A stretch of DNA of 64,000 nucleotides from positions 90,315,470 through 90,379,469 of the forward strand of contig NC_068987.1 in NCBI RefSeq assembly GCF_001194135.2, given 5' to 3'. The notes beneath the pieces are model-generated. The model worked only from the letters and a program-made list of their open reading frames with translations, did no database searches and was not told the DNA's origin. Origin of the DNA: Octopus bimaculoides. Lineage: Eukaryota. Position numbers and translations under genes: made by a program. Shown here piece by piece: positions 12,710 through 25,435 of this stretch; positions within the stretch are counted from its first letter, which is position 1; the number at the start of each line of letters is the position of its first letter.

Positions 12710-13388
12710 TTTGGAAAACCTTAGCACAAGTGATGGAATTCCTACAATGCTGGGTTATAGATCTAGTTTCTTAGCAAGAGTGTCAAATGCCAAACCTAAT
12801 ATAAAGTAAATGCATTGTATGATCTATAACATTATGTACAGTGATTCTGCCTCCAGCTCTCAATCCATTATGGATGTTGCAGGCATCTAGTGTTCTCTGA
12901 AAACAAGGATATGTATTTGCTGTATCAAGAATTAAATGCTAAAATAGGAGGTACTTTTGTTTCACACAGACATGAGATGGCTTTCATGAGGTAATATGGT
13001 AGCTCAAGTTGCAATGATGAAAGACAAGCTTGAAGAATTCTTTTTGAGACATCAAAAGGATTAATCAATCAAGTTGGCAAATTTTCTGATAAAAATACTG
13101 GAGGAACTAAACCCTTTTTGCACCCTCTTCTCTAATATGATGCTCCATAGTTAAATTTTAGTCATCTGTGGATTGAAAGTGAGGGGGAGGGCCTTGTGAA
13201 TGATGAGGATAAAAGATAAACTTGACTAAGATGGGATCTGAATTCTTTAAATTAATAACAGATGATACATTTTCATTATCTACTCTATGGTACCCAATCA
13301 TTTGGTACTATATTCTTCAAAAGGAATGTGCCAGCATTGCCAGGCATGATGAAGGGGTACACCAGAATAAAAAGTTTGAAAACCCTGG
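12710..13388 (+). mobile_element. Fossil hAT (Buster/Charlie-like) transposase fragment with right terminus
   Basis: Disrupted frames give DGIPTMLGYRSSFLARV...MHCMI (cf. TDGAPAM-G...HCxIH) and FHTDMRWLS*G (cf. LLFHTEVRWLSRG). Ends in AAAAAGTTTGAAAACCCTGG, a CAGGG-type hAT end. Confidence 0.75.
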
Positions 13389-14316
13389 TTATAAACTAAA
13401 TTTCTAAGAGACTAAGAAACTCTCTTTTTTTGTGCTGTACTATACACTGTACTGTACATACTACACTTAAGACTACTGGCATTAGGCAACATTCTAGCTA
13501 GAGAGACTACACAACACAATCTATCTGGTGGCTACAATTTGGACTGCACTGCACAGTATTTGGTAGCTTTCGTCTGGACCACACTGAACAACTTATCTGG
13601 TAGCAGCCTATGGCGATCACTATTTACATCTTAAAACACTGATAAAATTTTATAACACAAAATATATAAATGTTAAATTAAATCCATCAAATAAAAATAA
13701 AAAAACAAATACATAAATACATAGATAAATAAATAGAAAGATATCCCAAACTCTACTCAACACAGTTAACTAATAAGCAAGGAATATTTGAGACTTGCCT
13801 GATCAGACCTTACCCAGGGCTACACACACAACAACAACAACAACCAACAGTTCAATATTAAGAAATTCCATAAATCTAACATACCAACAGTCTGTAACAT
13901 TACTAATTAATTAGAATAAGAACATCTAACCTGTACTTGGAAACAAATCGTAAATTGATTAAATTCAGTACAGAATGTTGTTTTCTGTGGTTCTTTTGAG
14001 TTGTACAAAGTAATACATATTATCTCTCATGCCATTTTCACAAATGTAACACAGAAGCACGAAAATTTCCATCAGATAAATAGATGTAGCACGAGGCAAG
14101 AGTATGTCTCTCTAACAATATTATTAAGTTTGTAGATAAACAATAGGTTCACATCTTAAAACTCTTCTATACACACTCTCCTCCCCCCACACACACATGG
14201 CTATACACTTTCTTGTAAACATGCACATATACACACGTGTGTCCGTGTCCATATAGGAGGCCAAGATGGAACAATATAAAAATGAAATAGATACGCCAAG
14301 AGATGTTTACAACTTC

Positions 14317-14349
<33 letters not shown>

Positions 14350-14352
<3 letters not shown>

Positions 14353-14647
14353 GACATGGAAATAGAGATAACTCGAATGTGGAATCTAAAAACAGAAACA
14401 ATTCCTATCATAGTAGGTGCCTTAGGTATAATAAAAAAATATTCAGACAAATACATAACAAAAATAGCAGGACTTACAAATATATATAACATACAGAAAA
14501 TTGCACTACTGGGTACTGCACACATTCTACGCAAAACACTTTCAATACAGTAAACATAAGAGCACCACAGCAAACCACAGCACATACCCAAGGCGCACAG
14601 AGCTGCGCTTGGTAGTGAAGTGAAAGCACGTTATAAAAATAAAACTA

Positions 14648-14650
<3 letters not shown>
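14350..14650 (+). mobile_element. 3' fragment of a restriction-like-endonuclease non-LTR retrotransposon (R4/Dong-like) within (AAT)n
   Basis: KDMEIEITRMWNLKTETIPIIVGALGIIKK...IQKIALLGTAHILRKTLSIQ* matches the C-terminal RLE region of R4/Dong-type elements. A short 3' UTR follows. (AAT)n flanks both sides (about 14319-14349 and 14651-14684). Confidence 0.8.
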
Positions 14651-14687
<37 letters not shown>

Positions 14688-16581
14688 GTATGATAAATCA
14701 ACCAAATAATATCTACATCCAGTTATGTTTAGAGACTCTCCATCAATCTAAGTATATCACAATGTAGTAAATACTCTACATCATACTTTTACTATAAATA
14801 GTGATTTGTGAAACCCTCCCAGTCGAAGTTCTTTCGCAAATACAATCTCTATTGCCTCGGAAGTACTTCAGTTGCAGGGTTTTATATCAACTGTAAAAGT
14901 CTTCACTTCAGCCAGTTAGCGCCAGTCCAATTTTTAAGTTAACAACCATTTTCCAAGAATAGCTTTAGCTTATTCTATTGCCGTATCTTATAAGGTTTGT
15001 GTAACTGAACCATAATTATTATTTATATAAAACTTCTGAAACTTAATTCTGTTCTTATCTATATTACAGAACCTGTGGCATGATTGAAGTTCTGAAAGTA
15101 TAACATGAATGCACACAATTGGGCCCCTCACCCAGTGTCCTTGTCACGTCTGCAACTGTTGCTTATTTTTTTTTCTCTTCTTCCACCCAGACAAACATGT
15201 CTCTCCTTCAAGTCACTTCCCACTGACATCCACCCCTCATTCTTATCAGTGACTCCCCATTCTATATTTATCGTTATTTTTACCATTGTACTCTCACATG
15301 TTTTATTCCCCTTTCACTCTCCTCACTATACACATAAGCCAACCCCTCATCTCCCTCCTATCTACTCTTTTCTTCTGATGATATAAATAACGATGTTTGA
15401 ACCAGTTACTACTACAAATTATTTCATATCAACATTTACATACTGCCAGTCACCACTTCCTCTCCTCTGAGCTACTTGCAACTGACATCTGTCTATCATT
15501 CTTATTGACTCCCCACTCATATTTTCATCAATCTTCCCTACTCCTGTTCCCCATCCACCCCAATGTACATCTAACCACCTCATGTTTATAGCCATCTCTC
15601 ACTATCTTGTAACTTTATCCACCCTTTCTAAATTTCCAGTCCCCGTGGGTATGTTCTAGCACCTTGTCATCATCTTATTTAACTTACTTTGTGACACTAC
15701 TTTAGTCACCCCCATCCATCCATGTAAAATGTGAAGCTGCCATGAATCACCCCCACAACAAACTTATGCCTACTCCTCCCATCTCAATACCTCACATCAA
15801 GCAATCACTCTCACCTTTTCTCCCTCTCAAGCAAGGTGGATTGTTTCAGCCTTGTGAGATCCAAGACAACCCCTATAGTGCTGGTGCCTTGATAAAAAAG
15901 CATCCATTTACACTCTGTAAATTGGTTGGCATTTGGAAAAGCATCCAGTTACAGAAACCACTCTAAAACTGAGACACTTAAGCAAGATGGGTCTTCTGAT
16001 TTATCAGACCCTGTCTAATTGTTCATCTCATGTTAACATGGAAAGTGGATGTAAAAATGATGATGATGGCGAGTCTAATAAACTTGAGTCTGTTCTTCAA
16101 TTTTAGGAATAATTCTTAAGATCTTATTCATTTGTCTGATATCGGATTTCACTGGATTAATTAATGTGATCACAGGGTTTCTACTGAAGTACACCTAAAT
16201 TAATGGGATTGTATCTGTGTTCTGCATGGTGGTTTTTTTCCATATAATTTAATGAAAAACAGAGATTATACACAGGCTAAACACTATTTTTATACTCAAA
16301 CAGATAGCGATAATATTTGGTGATGCATTTTTGTAGGGTTTTACAAGTTAATACTTGCTTCTATATCGCAATATATTTTCTACTTTCCTTTTCAAGTCCT
16401 ATAGGACATCATTGTCCATTAGCATTACTTCTACACAAGTCCTGTCTTAATGTTGTCTTATAGTCATCAGGTTTTTATTTTTTTATATGTATATTTGTAC
16501 CAACTATCCATGTCTTTTGTTTTTGATTCCGTCACCAGATATACACTACATTACATTATCATTACAATATATAATGAGCTT

Positions 16582-16659
<78 letters not shown>

Positions 16660-16662
<3 letters not shown>

Positions 16663-16922
16663 GACATGCTTGTGTAGGCTTGTCAAGCCAAGTGAGACTG
16701 TAGTCATGGCCAATGCCAGTGTCAGGTCAATGGCACTCGTGCAAGTGACGCGTAAAAGGCACCTACTACACTCTCGGTGTGGTTGGCATTGGGAAGGGCA
16801 TCCAGCCATAGAAATCTTGCCAAATCAGATTGGAACCTGGTGCAGCTTCCCAGCTTACCAATTTTCAGTCAAACTGTCCAACTCATGCCAGCATGGAAAG
16901 CAGACATATGATGATGATGATA
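16660..16922 (+). mobile_element. RTE 3' UTR copy with (GAT)n tail
   Basis: Shares CACTACACTCTCGG...GGAAGGGCATCCAGC...CCAGCATGGAAAGC...GATGATGAT with 8948-9135. Confidence 0.75.
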
Positions 16923-17675
16923 TAAATAGATAATAGGAAGCTGACTTCCTATCCACATGAATCAGCTTTAGTCTTATTACATGGCACCTTGGACAAGTGT
17001 CTTCTGCTATTGTCTTGGGCCAAACAAGGCCTTGTAAGTGAATTTGGTAGGCAAAAGTTCCATCGGGCATGTGAAAGTGCTCATGTCTTCTTTAAGACAA
17101 AGGTGGGAAATACTTGCATTGACAAAGCTTCCCCATGTGTAACTAAATATACATCTGTTTGGCTGATCTAAGTAGAGATTACTTTTTATTATAGAATATA
17201 TGCCACATAAACATCTCTTGAAGTATAAATGGCTATTTTTGGACTCTGAATGTTATGACAATCAATAAAGGAGGGATTTTGGGACACCGTTTATAGCATT
17301 AAGCCAGCAGCAGGGTATATTTCTAGATGATTTTCTTTATATATTATAACACATATTATTACGTATATAGTATACAGCAATTATCAGACAGATGATATTT
17401 ATGATAAACTGAATATTCTAACGTTTTAACTGGTAGAGAGTTACAAAGCTTTTGGCTCTTGGATCACTTTTGTATGTGGAACTTATCAAAAATGTGGTCT
17501 GAATCATTTCTATTATAAGGCAGATGTGTGTGGTTGAGAACTTTTCTTTGCAACCATGTAGCCTCGGGTTCAGTCCCACTGTGCAGCATCTTGGGCAAGT
17601 GTCTTCTATTATAGCCATGGGGCCAACCAATGTCTTGTGAGTGAATTCGGTAGATGGAAACCATGGGGAACTTAA

Positions 17676-17720
<45 letters not shown>

Positions 17721-18807
17721 NNNNNNNNNNNNNNNNNNNNNNNNNNNNNNNNNNNNNNNNNNNNNNNNNNNNNNNNNNNNNNNNNNNNNNNNNNNNNNNN
17801 NNNNNNNNNNNNNNNNNNNNNNNNNNNNNNNNNNNNNNNNNNNNNNNNNNNNNNNNNNNNNNNNNNNNNNNNNNNNNNNNNNNNNNNNNNNNNNNNNNNN
17901 NNNNNNNNNNNNNNNNNNNNNNNNNNNNNNNNNNNNNNNNNNNNNNNNNNNNNNNNNNNNNNNNNNNNNNNNNNNNNNNNNNNNNNNNNNNNNNNNNNNN
18001 NNNNNNNNNNNNNNNNNNNNNNNNNNNNNNNNNNNNNNNNNNNNNNNNNNNNNNNNNNNNNNNNNNNNNNNNNNNNNNNNNNNNNNNNNNNNNNNNNNNN
18101 NNNNNNNNNNNNNNNNNNNNNNNNNNNNNNNNNNNNNNNNNNNNNNNNNNNNNNNNNNNNNNNNNNNNNNNNNNNNNNNNNNNNNNNNNNNNNNNNNNNN
18201 NNNNNNNNNNNNNNNNNNNNNNNNNNNNNNTATATATATATATATATATATGCCAGTCCTCAGTCAAATCATCCAACCCATGCCAGCATGGAAAGCAGAT
18301 GTTAAACGATGATGATGATGTGTGTGTGTGTGTGTGTGTTTCTGTATTTGTCCTCTTCCATCACATGATAACTGGTGTTGGCTTGTTTATGTCCCTGTAA
18401 CTTAGCAAATTGACAACAGAGACTGATAGAGTAAGTGGCAGGCTTTTAAAAAAAAAAACAGTACTGGGGTGGATTTATTTGACTAAAACTTTTCCAAGGT
18501 GGCGCCTCAGCATGATTGCTGTTGAATGAGTGAAACAAGTAAAGGATAAAATTGTTTTTTATAAAAAGGTTTCATTCTAAAATATTTATACTAATTCAAA
18601 TTTATGTTTGCAGAGTTTGGTTTAAATATGCTGAGAGTATATAATTAGATTGATAGAATTGTAATGATTTGTATTTGACATTTGTTTAGATCATAAAAAT
18701 TAAAATCTAAACTGGCTGTTCTATGTAAATATTCCCTCTTTATATTAAAAACCAGACCTACATATGAAATTTATGCTTTTTTTATTCGTATTCTAAACAT
18801 GTTGCTT

Positions 18808-19025
18808 TTAACCATTAGCATTTAAACTGACCATGTCTGGCCCAAATATTTACCCGTTTTATGTTTAGACCAGCCATATCTGACCTCTCACACCTATCCT
18901 ACAATATCATTCTAAAAATAAACAATTACATCATTGAAATTGTGAAGCTACAAGATGCATGGTTAATTCAATGTGAATAAATAAACATTACATTTGACAA
19001 AATAATCTGAACGTCAAAGGGTCAA
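18808..19025. mobile_element. piggyBac-like MITE (TTAA family), decayed
   Basis: Homologous over its length to 59102-59318 (ACCTCTCACACCTA.CCTACAAT..CATTCTAAAAAT...GTGAATAAATAA). Ends TTAACCATTAGC / AAAGGGTCAA. Confidence 0.6.
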
Positions 19026-19466
19026 AAATTGTTGTAAATCTAAATGGCACCAACTGGCATGCAAATACAGAATTGGAGAAAACAATGTAATAAGGTTTAG
19101 AGTTAACTGACCCATTACTAATTGAGCTCTTAATTACCATGGATTTATTCTTTGATGTTTATACATTAATTCTCTATGTGGACAAGTCAGTTTTAGTAGT
19201 AATAAATGTATGTAATATCACTATAAATTATAAACTGACATAAAACAGCCCCTCCTGATTTCTCTCTCTCTCTCTTCTTTTTTTTAAATTACTCAAACAA
19301 GTAATTAATTTACTGATTGGTAAGAATATATTCTTAAATTAACATCTAAATTGACTATAATTTCAACATAAACTGCTAGTTATACATAATTCACCATCTT
19401 TTTGTATTTGATAGTTTTATTGGGTAAAACTTACATTAAAAAAAAGACTTATGAATTGTATGTATA

Positions 19467-19865
19467 GGTACAGGTGTGGCTGTGTGGTAAGAAGTTTGAG
19501 TCCTGACCTAATGGTTCTGGTTTCAGTCCCACTGCATGGCATCTTGAGCAAGTGTCTTCTGCTATAACCTTGGACCAACCAAAGCCTTGTGAATCAATTT
19601 GGTAGACAGAAACTGAAAGAAGCCCACTGTGTGTGTGTGCACATTTGTGCTTGTTCCTCCACCACCACCACCCGACAACCAGTATTGGTGTGTTTATGTC
19701 TCAGTGACTTAGCAGTTCGATAAAATAGAATGATAGAATAAGTATCAGGCTTAAAGAAATAAAAAAGGTCCTGGGGTCAATTCATTCCACTAAAAAATTC
19801 TTTAAGGCAGTGCCCCAGCATGGCCACAGTCTAATGACTGAAACAAGTAAACGATAAAAGAAGAT
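19467..19865 (+). mobile_element. SINE family A, full length
   Basis: Head GTGGCTGTGTGGTAAGAAG, GTTTCAGTCCCACTG, central (TG)n, tail CCCAGCATGGCCACAGTCTAATGACTGAAACAAGTAAA. Confidence 0.85.
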
Positions 19866-20292
19866 ACCTATATATAAACCAAATGTCATCTGGTTCCAAT
19901 AGTGTGTGTGTGTGTGTGTGTGTCCCTCCACTCAACTACCACATTCAATAAACATACCATGCATACACAGCAACAAAGGTATTAGCTGTTACTACTCCTT
20001 CACAGCACAGAAAACATGGTAAGATGATACACAAACAGAACAATCCCAGGTACCACATTTGGCCACCAAAAAGAAACAAACATTAAATTTCCCCTAGAAT
20101 ACACCAGCACCAGCTGGACAGCAATGTATCAGGGAGCACAGCAAGTTCACGGGTTCAAGACCAACAATGGTCATTATCAGGGAGATGGATCCAGGGGTGA
20201 TACCTTGTTGTCTAGTTGATGACCTGCAGATCATATGTCTGGTCAGTTAGGGTAGACTTGGGCACTGTCCAACATGGTTACTGGGTATAACA

Positions 20293-21088
20293 CAGTGGTT
20301 CTCAACCACAGTCCTAGGGAATCCATTTATGATTTTGTTAAGATTTATCTGCAATAAAGTGGTTACACTTCTACATATGCAAAATATTTTAATCTTTTAA
20401 TACAACTCCTATTTTGTTATTTTTGTAGTTTCAGCTCGGAGCTGTGGCCATGCTGGAGCAACACTGTTTTGCTACACTGTTATTACTGAGAGTTTCCTCT
20501 AATATGTTTAGAAAACAAAACACTTGGTGAAGAATGGAGTTTGATGTAGCTACCCTCATTTGCACCTCTTGCTGTGAGGTAGGTTCCTCTGGGACTCTTG
20601 ACAGGAAGAGGTCCAGCCTTGATTTAAAAAAGCCTACATCTACTTTGTGCAGGCTCCTCAGGCTCTTTGGGAGAATATTAAAAAGCTGTGGGGCCCTGAA
20701 ACCCAGGCTGTTGCAGTAACTGGTCCTGAAGTGCGATGGCATTGTTGGGATCTTTGGCACTGTGCAGTGTTGACCTGTTTTGGCATTGGTGTAGCTTTCC
20801 AGGATCTTCCAGATGTATATTACTGCATATCTCTCCTGCCTTCACTCCAGAGAGTAAAGTCTTAGCTGTTGCAGCCTTTCCCAGTAGCTGAGCCATTGCA
20901 ATGAGATGATCTTCTTTGTGAAGCTTCGCTGGATTGCTTCAAGGTTCGCTGTTAAGTTTACACTGTTGGGCGACGATATCTAATTATAAAACTAGGATTT
21001 TTTTAAACATGGAATGGTTATGAGGGTCCAGTTGAGTAACATAGGAACCAAAGGGATCCTATTGGCAAATAATGGTTAAGAACTACTG
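20293..21088. mobile_element. hAT-type MITE with exact 8-bp TSD, interrupted by a LINE fragment
   Basis: TIRs CAGTGGTTCTCAACC / GGTTAAGAACTACTG. Exact flanking direct repeat GTATAACA at 20285-20292 and 21089-21096. Confidence 0.85.
20422..20960 (-). mobile_element. CR1/L2-group LINE 3' fragment (RT C-terminus and 3' tail), disrupted by at least one in-frame stop
   Basis: Minus frames give LSYWERLQQLRLYSLE*RQERYAVIYIWKILE and NSLGFRAPQLFNILPKSLR...FKSRLDLFLSRVP, typical CR1/L2-group ORF2 ends. 3' end GCTCCAGCATGGCCACAGCTCCGAGCTGAAAC. Confidence 0.8.
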
Positions 21089-22785
21089 GTATAACAGAAT
21101 ACTGACTTTCTCAAATTGATCAGATGAAACTTTTGCCTCACACAAACCATAAAAACTCAAAACATCTCTCAATATCTGATTTAAAGACAACAACTAATTA
21201 ACGTTTAGCAAGCTCATAATTAAAGCAATAATTTAGAAACTATTAAAACATGAGAAACTTTGTGCAACTAAGACAAAAGAGACTATGATGATTGATTACT
21301 TTGAACTTTCTTTAAAATGTTGGAAGAAATGCATCAGAAATAACCTGAACTTAAGATTTTTCCATCTCATTGCTTGATAGTGTAATTAATTTTCATGCCA
21401 TCTAACAACCAGCCATAACTAAATGCTAATTATTTTCAACATTGCTTATTAGTAAAATGTAACTTAATCATTACATATTTTAATTTGTATATTTTAACTA
21501 CAAAAGTACAATTAGTGGCTGCAATCAGAGGCTAATCACAATGGTAACAAGTTCAATGGATCAGTTATGACAGGTTCCAGTCCTACTATTATAAGTGAGG
21601 TTCCACAGCTAGAGGGGCGGTGGTGGTGGTCGTGGTGGATAAAACAATGATAGGGTTCCAGTCTAAACTATTTGAAAAACAAAACAAGTCAAAAATAATT
21701 ATGAAGTCTACTTCCCGGCCGATGCACCATATTTTTTGTCCAACCCATGCTAGCATGGAAAGCGGACGTTAAACGATGATGATGATGATGATTTACAACC
21801 ACAACATTCCAGGTTCAACACCACAGAGTGGCAACTTGGCGAAATCCATTCACTATGACAAAAACAGTTTTGTATCAGATTGATAACTTATTTTATTGTT
21901 TTATATTTACCAAATGGTTAAGCGGTGGACTAAAATATGGGGACCTGTTGAAGGGCATACATCAGTATGGCTACAACCAATAGCTGAAACCAGTAAAAGA
22001 ATGCCAGTCTGATAATACAAAGGCTTTTTGTTTTTTTTTTGTTTCTTGGTTTGTTTTTTCAAAAGGTTCCTGCCAGTTGTCAAGACAAGGTCACATGTCC
22101 AAAAATGTATTTTTCACAAGTGATAAATTAAGTAGGCAAAAAGAAAGCTTATATAAACTTGTGTGTTGTTTACAAGATTAATTAGGTTCTGAAGAGGCTA
22201 ACGATTAAAAGACACTCATGATGCTCACAAGAGAAACAAAAAAAAAAAGAAAAGAAAAGAGAAAAGGGAAGGACAAAAAAAAAAAAAGGTAGGGAAACAA
22301 AAGTTGTGAGGTAATAACAATGATGACACAACAGGCAGCTGCTGCTTCTAAGTGAGTTAAAAACATGAAACAGATTGTCTTTTTAAGCAGCTTCACTAAA
22401 CAATAACTAAAAACAAGTAGATTAGCTGAGGAATGTGGTGGAGGGGGCCGTACCCCACATTTTCTGCCCCCTCTCCTCTCTCTCTCACTTGTAAATATGC
22501 CATTTTCAATAGAAATAAAAACAAGTATATTTTTCAATGAAATAAAAACAAAAGAAAGAAAAAAGTAACTAACAGCCAGGGAGGAGGAGAAGGAGGAGGA
22601 GGAGGAGAGACAGAAGCTGCATTTGGATTTAAGTGAATGACGATAATATATCAATGTATTTTTTAATGAAGAACAACAATGGAAAGAGGAAATAAAGCTG
22701 CTGTTTTATTCCTGTTTGTCTGAGAGAGAAAATGTTTAAATGGACAATGGCATCGCAGCACAGTATCAGCTATCATCATCTACCA

Positions 22786-22832
<47 letters not shown>

Positions 22833-22904
22833 CCTCATTCACTCACAACAATCCACAACAACCTCTCTCTCTTTATCTATCTGTCTGTCTATGGTCATAT
22901 ATAC

Positions 22905-22917
22905 ACATACATCTCTC

Positions 22918-22957
<40 letters not shown>

Positions 22958-22971
22958 CGTATGTATGTATG

Positions 22972-23062
<91 letters not shown>
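22905..23062. repeat. Long (TA)n/(TATG)n microsatellite block, with (ACT)n nearby at 22793-22831
   Basis: Direct inspection. Similar long (TA)n at 16585-16659, 46360-46400, 47631-47674 and 52963-53001; (GA)n at 41133-41237 and 54965-55066; (CA)n at 51128-51174 and 56219-56280. Confidence 0.95.
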
Positions 23063-23064
<2 letters not shown>

Positions 23065-23390
23065 TGTGAGTGTTCTATTTTCCATGTTACATTCTTTTCC
23101 ATTCTTAATCTCTTGTTCTTTATTTCTCCTCCTCTTTCGGGGGTCTTACTTATTCAGCAAACTGGGTCTTGGGGTTTCTTTTTTTTTTTTTTAATCTTAA
23201 CCTTTCTCTAACCCTATTTCATTCTATGCATGTATGTCTGTATATCAGCATGCACACACACTTATATGCTTTTCTACATGTGCATGCATGCGTGAGTTTG
23301 TGTGTGAATCATACTGTGTCTCCATTCCCATATGCGCATGTCTACATCTTCCGATATTTGTATCTCTCTGTCTGTCTATCTCTCTGTCTG

Positions 23391-23431
<41 letters not shown>

Positions 23432-23680
23432 TAGTTTTCCCAAACTACGCAATCTCCATACATAACACTATCTGTCATCATCTCTATTCGTTGACAATTC
23501 CCACTTTCAAGATTATCCTGAAAGAAGTAAAGTGGGGTGGAGTATCATCTTTCTCCAGCTTCCACTGAGATAAACACCAAATTTTTCTACATGCTGAAAA
23601 ATTCCTTCTCTCTCTGTCACACAGTCTGAGTGTATGACATGAACAAAACCGGTTTAATTAAACTCATTACATATATATAC

Positions 23681-24062
23681 GTGCAGGAGTGGCTGTGTGG
23701 TAAGTAGCTTGCTTACCAACCACATGGTTCTGGGTTCAGTCCCACTGCGTGGCACCTTGGACAAGTGTCTTCTACTAAAGCCTTGGGCTGACCAAAGCTT
23801 TGTGAATAGATTTGGTAGGCGGAAACTGAAAGAAGCCCATCATAAATATATATATGTGTGTGTTTGTCCCCCCCAACATCACTTGACAATCGATGTTGGT
23901 GTGTTTACGTCCCCATAACTTAGTGATTCGGCAAAAAGAGACTGATAGAATAAATACTAGGCTTACAAAGAATAAGTCCTGGGGTCGATTTGTTCAACTA
24001 AAGGCAGTGCTCCAGCATGACCACAGTCAAAATGACTGAAACAAATAAAAGAATGAAAGAAT
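23681..24062 (+). mobile_element. SINE family A, full length
   Basis: GTGCAGGAGTGGCTGTGTGGTAAGTAG...GGGTTCAGTCCCACTGCGTGGCACCTTGG...GCTCCAGCATGACCACAGTCAAAATGACTGAAAC. Confidence 0.9.
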
Positions 24063-24159
24063 AGTGGACAAGAACCAAACCCAGCCAAAGCGCATTCTTG
24101 CCCCCTCCCCCAAAGAAAGGACAAAACCAAAAAGACAATAGAACTCTGTAGAATCAGTG

Positions 24160-24560
24160 TGGATTTGCATCTTGCTTCCTAACTATATGGTTCCAGGCTC
24201 AGTCCCACTGCCTGGCACTTTGGTCAGCCTGAGGCTATAGTAGAAGACATTTGCCCAAAGCCTTGTGAATGGATTTGGTAGACGGAAACTGAAAGAAACC
24301 TGTTGTATGTGTGCGTGCATGAGCATGTGTGTGTGTGTGTGTGTGTGTTTGTGTTCCACACCACTGCATGACAATGGGTGTTGGTGTGTTTATGTACTCG
24401 TAAATTAGCAGTTCAGCAAAAGAGACTGACAGAATAATTATCAAGCTTACAAAAAAAAAAAAAGAAAAACAACACCAGGAGTCAATTCATCTGACTAAAA
24501 ATTCTTGAAGGTGGTGCCCCAGCTTGGTCACAGTCTATGACTGAAACAAGTAAAAGATAG
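24160..24560 (+). mobile_element. SINE family A
   Basis: Same body and tail blocks (GGATTTGGTAGACGGAAACTGAAAGAA...GGTGCCCCAGC...GACTGAAACAAGTAAAAG). Confidence 0.8.
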
Positions 24561-24604
24561 ATGCTGAGATGATGTAAGTTGTAGGAATATAGAGAGAAAA
24601 GGAT

Positions 24605-24637
<33 letters not shown>

Positions 24638-24879
24638 GAGGGAGAGAGAGAGAAGGAGGGGGAGAGAGAGAGAAGGAATAATGAAAATGTAAAACCGTTA
24701 TGCTTTGCTATAACTTTTAATTGATTTACTAGCATTAATTTCTCAAAAACAAAAAGACCCACACTCTTTGTTGAGAGGCTGATCTCATGGTGCGTCCTGT
24801 ATGATGGCAAAAGAATTATTGTGTATAACAGACAGTAATAACTGCTGCATCATTCTATGCTTCACAAGGTTGGCAGTGG

Positions 24880-25085
24880 AGCTGGCGGAAACGTTACTAC
24901 ACCAGGCAAAATGCTTAGCAGCGTTTCTTCTGTCTTAACATTCTGAGTTCAAATTCTGCCAAAGTCAACTTCACCTTTTATCCTTTCGGGGTTGATAAAT
25001 TAAATACCAGTTGTGTTCTGGGGTTGATCTAATTGACTGGCCCCCTCCTCCAAAATTTCGGGTATTGTGCCTAGAGTAGAAAAGA
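24880..25085 (+). mobile_element. SINE family B, full length
   Basis: GAGCTGGCGGAAACGTT...CTGAGTTCAAATTCTGCC...CCTTTCGGGGTTGATAAATTAA...CCAAAATTTCGGGTATTGTGCCTAGAGTAGAAA. Other copies at about 37773-37980 (+), 45939-46085 (+), 48478-48690 (-), 53215-53420 (+) and 59530-59690 (+). Confidence 0.8.
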
Positions 25086-25086
25086 C

Positions 25087-25435
25087 TTGTTTCAACCTTT
25101 AGACTGCAGTCATGCTGGAGCACCACCTTCAAGAACAAATCAACTCTGGTACTTAATTATTTTTAAGCCTGGTATTTATTTTATCAGTCTCTTCTGCCAA
25201 AATGCTAAGTTACAGGGACATAAACACACCAACACCAGTTGTCAAGCAATGGAGTGGATCAAACACACACACAATGTGCTTCTTTTAGTTTCCATCTACC
25301 AAACACACTCACAAGGCTTTGGTTGGCCCAAGGCTATAGAAGACATTTGCCTAGGGTGCCATGCAGTGGGACTGAACCCAGAATCATGTGGTTGGGAAGC
25401 AAATTTCTCACCACACAGCCACACCTGCATTTATG
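25087..25435 (-). mobile_element. SINE family A
   Basis: Reverse complement of the family A head (CCACACAGCCACACCTGC) and tail (CATGCTGGAGCACCACC). Confidence 0.8.

Noticed and set aside
14810-14910. LPVEVLSQIQSLLP, an F-box-like phrase on the plus strand
   Set aside because: Very short, bounded by stops, with no supporting splice structure.
15110-15830. Pyrimidine-rich block, possibly an old retroelement remnant
   Set aside because: No translatable motif or termini could be recognised.
22732-23211. ORFs rich in YI, CV, RE, HT or SL repeats here and across the window
   Set aside because: Translations of dinucleotide and trinucleotide microsatellites.
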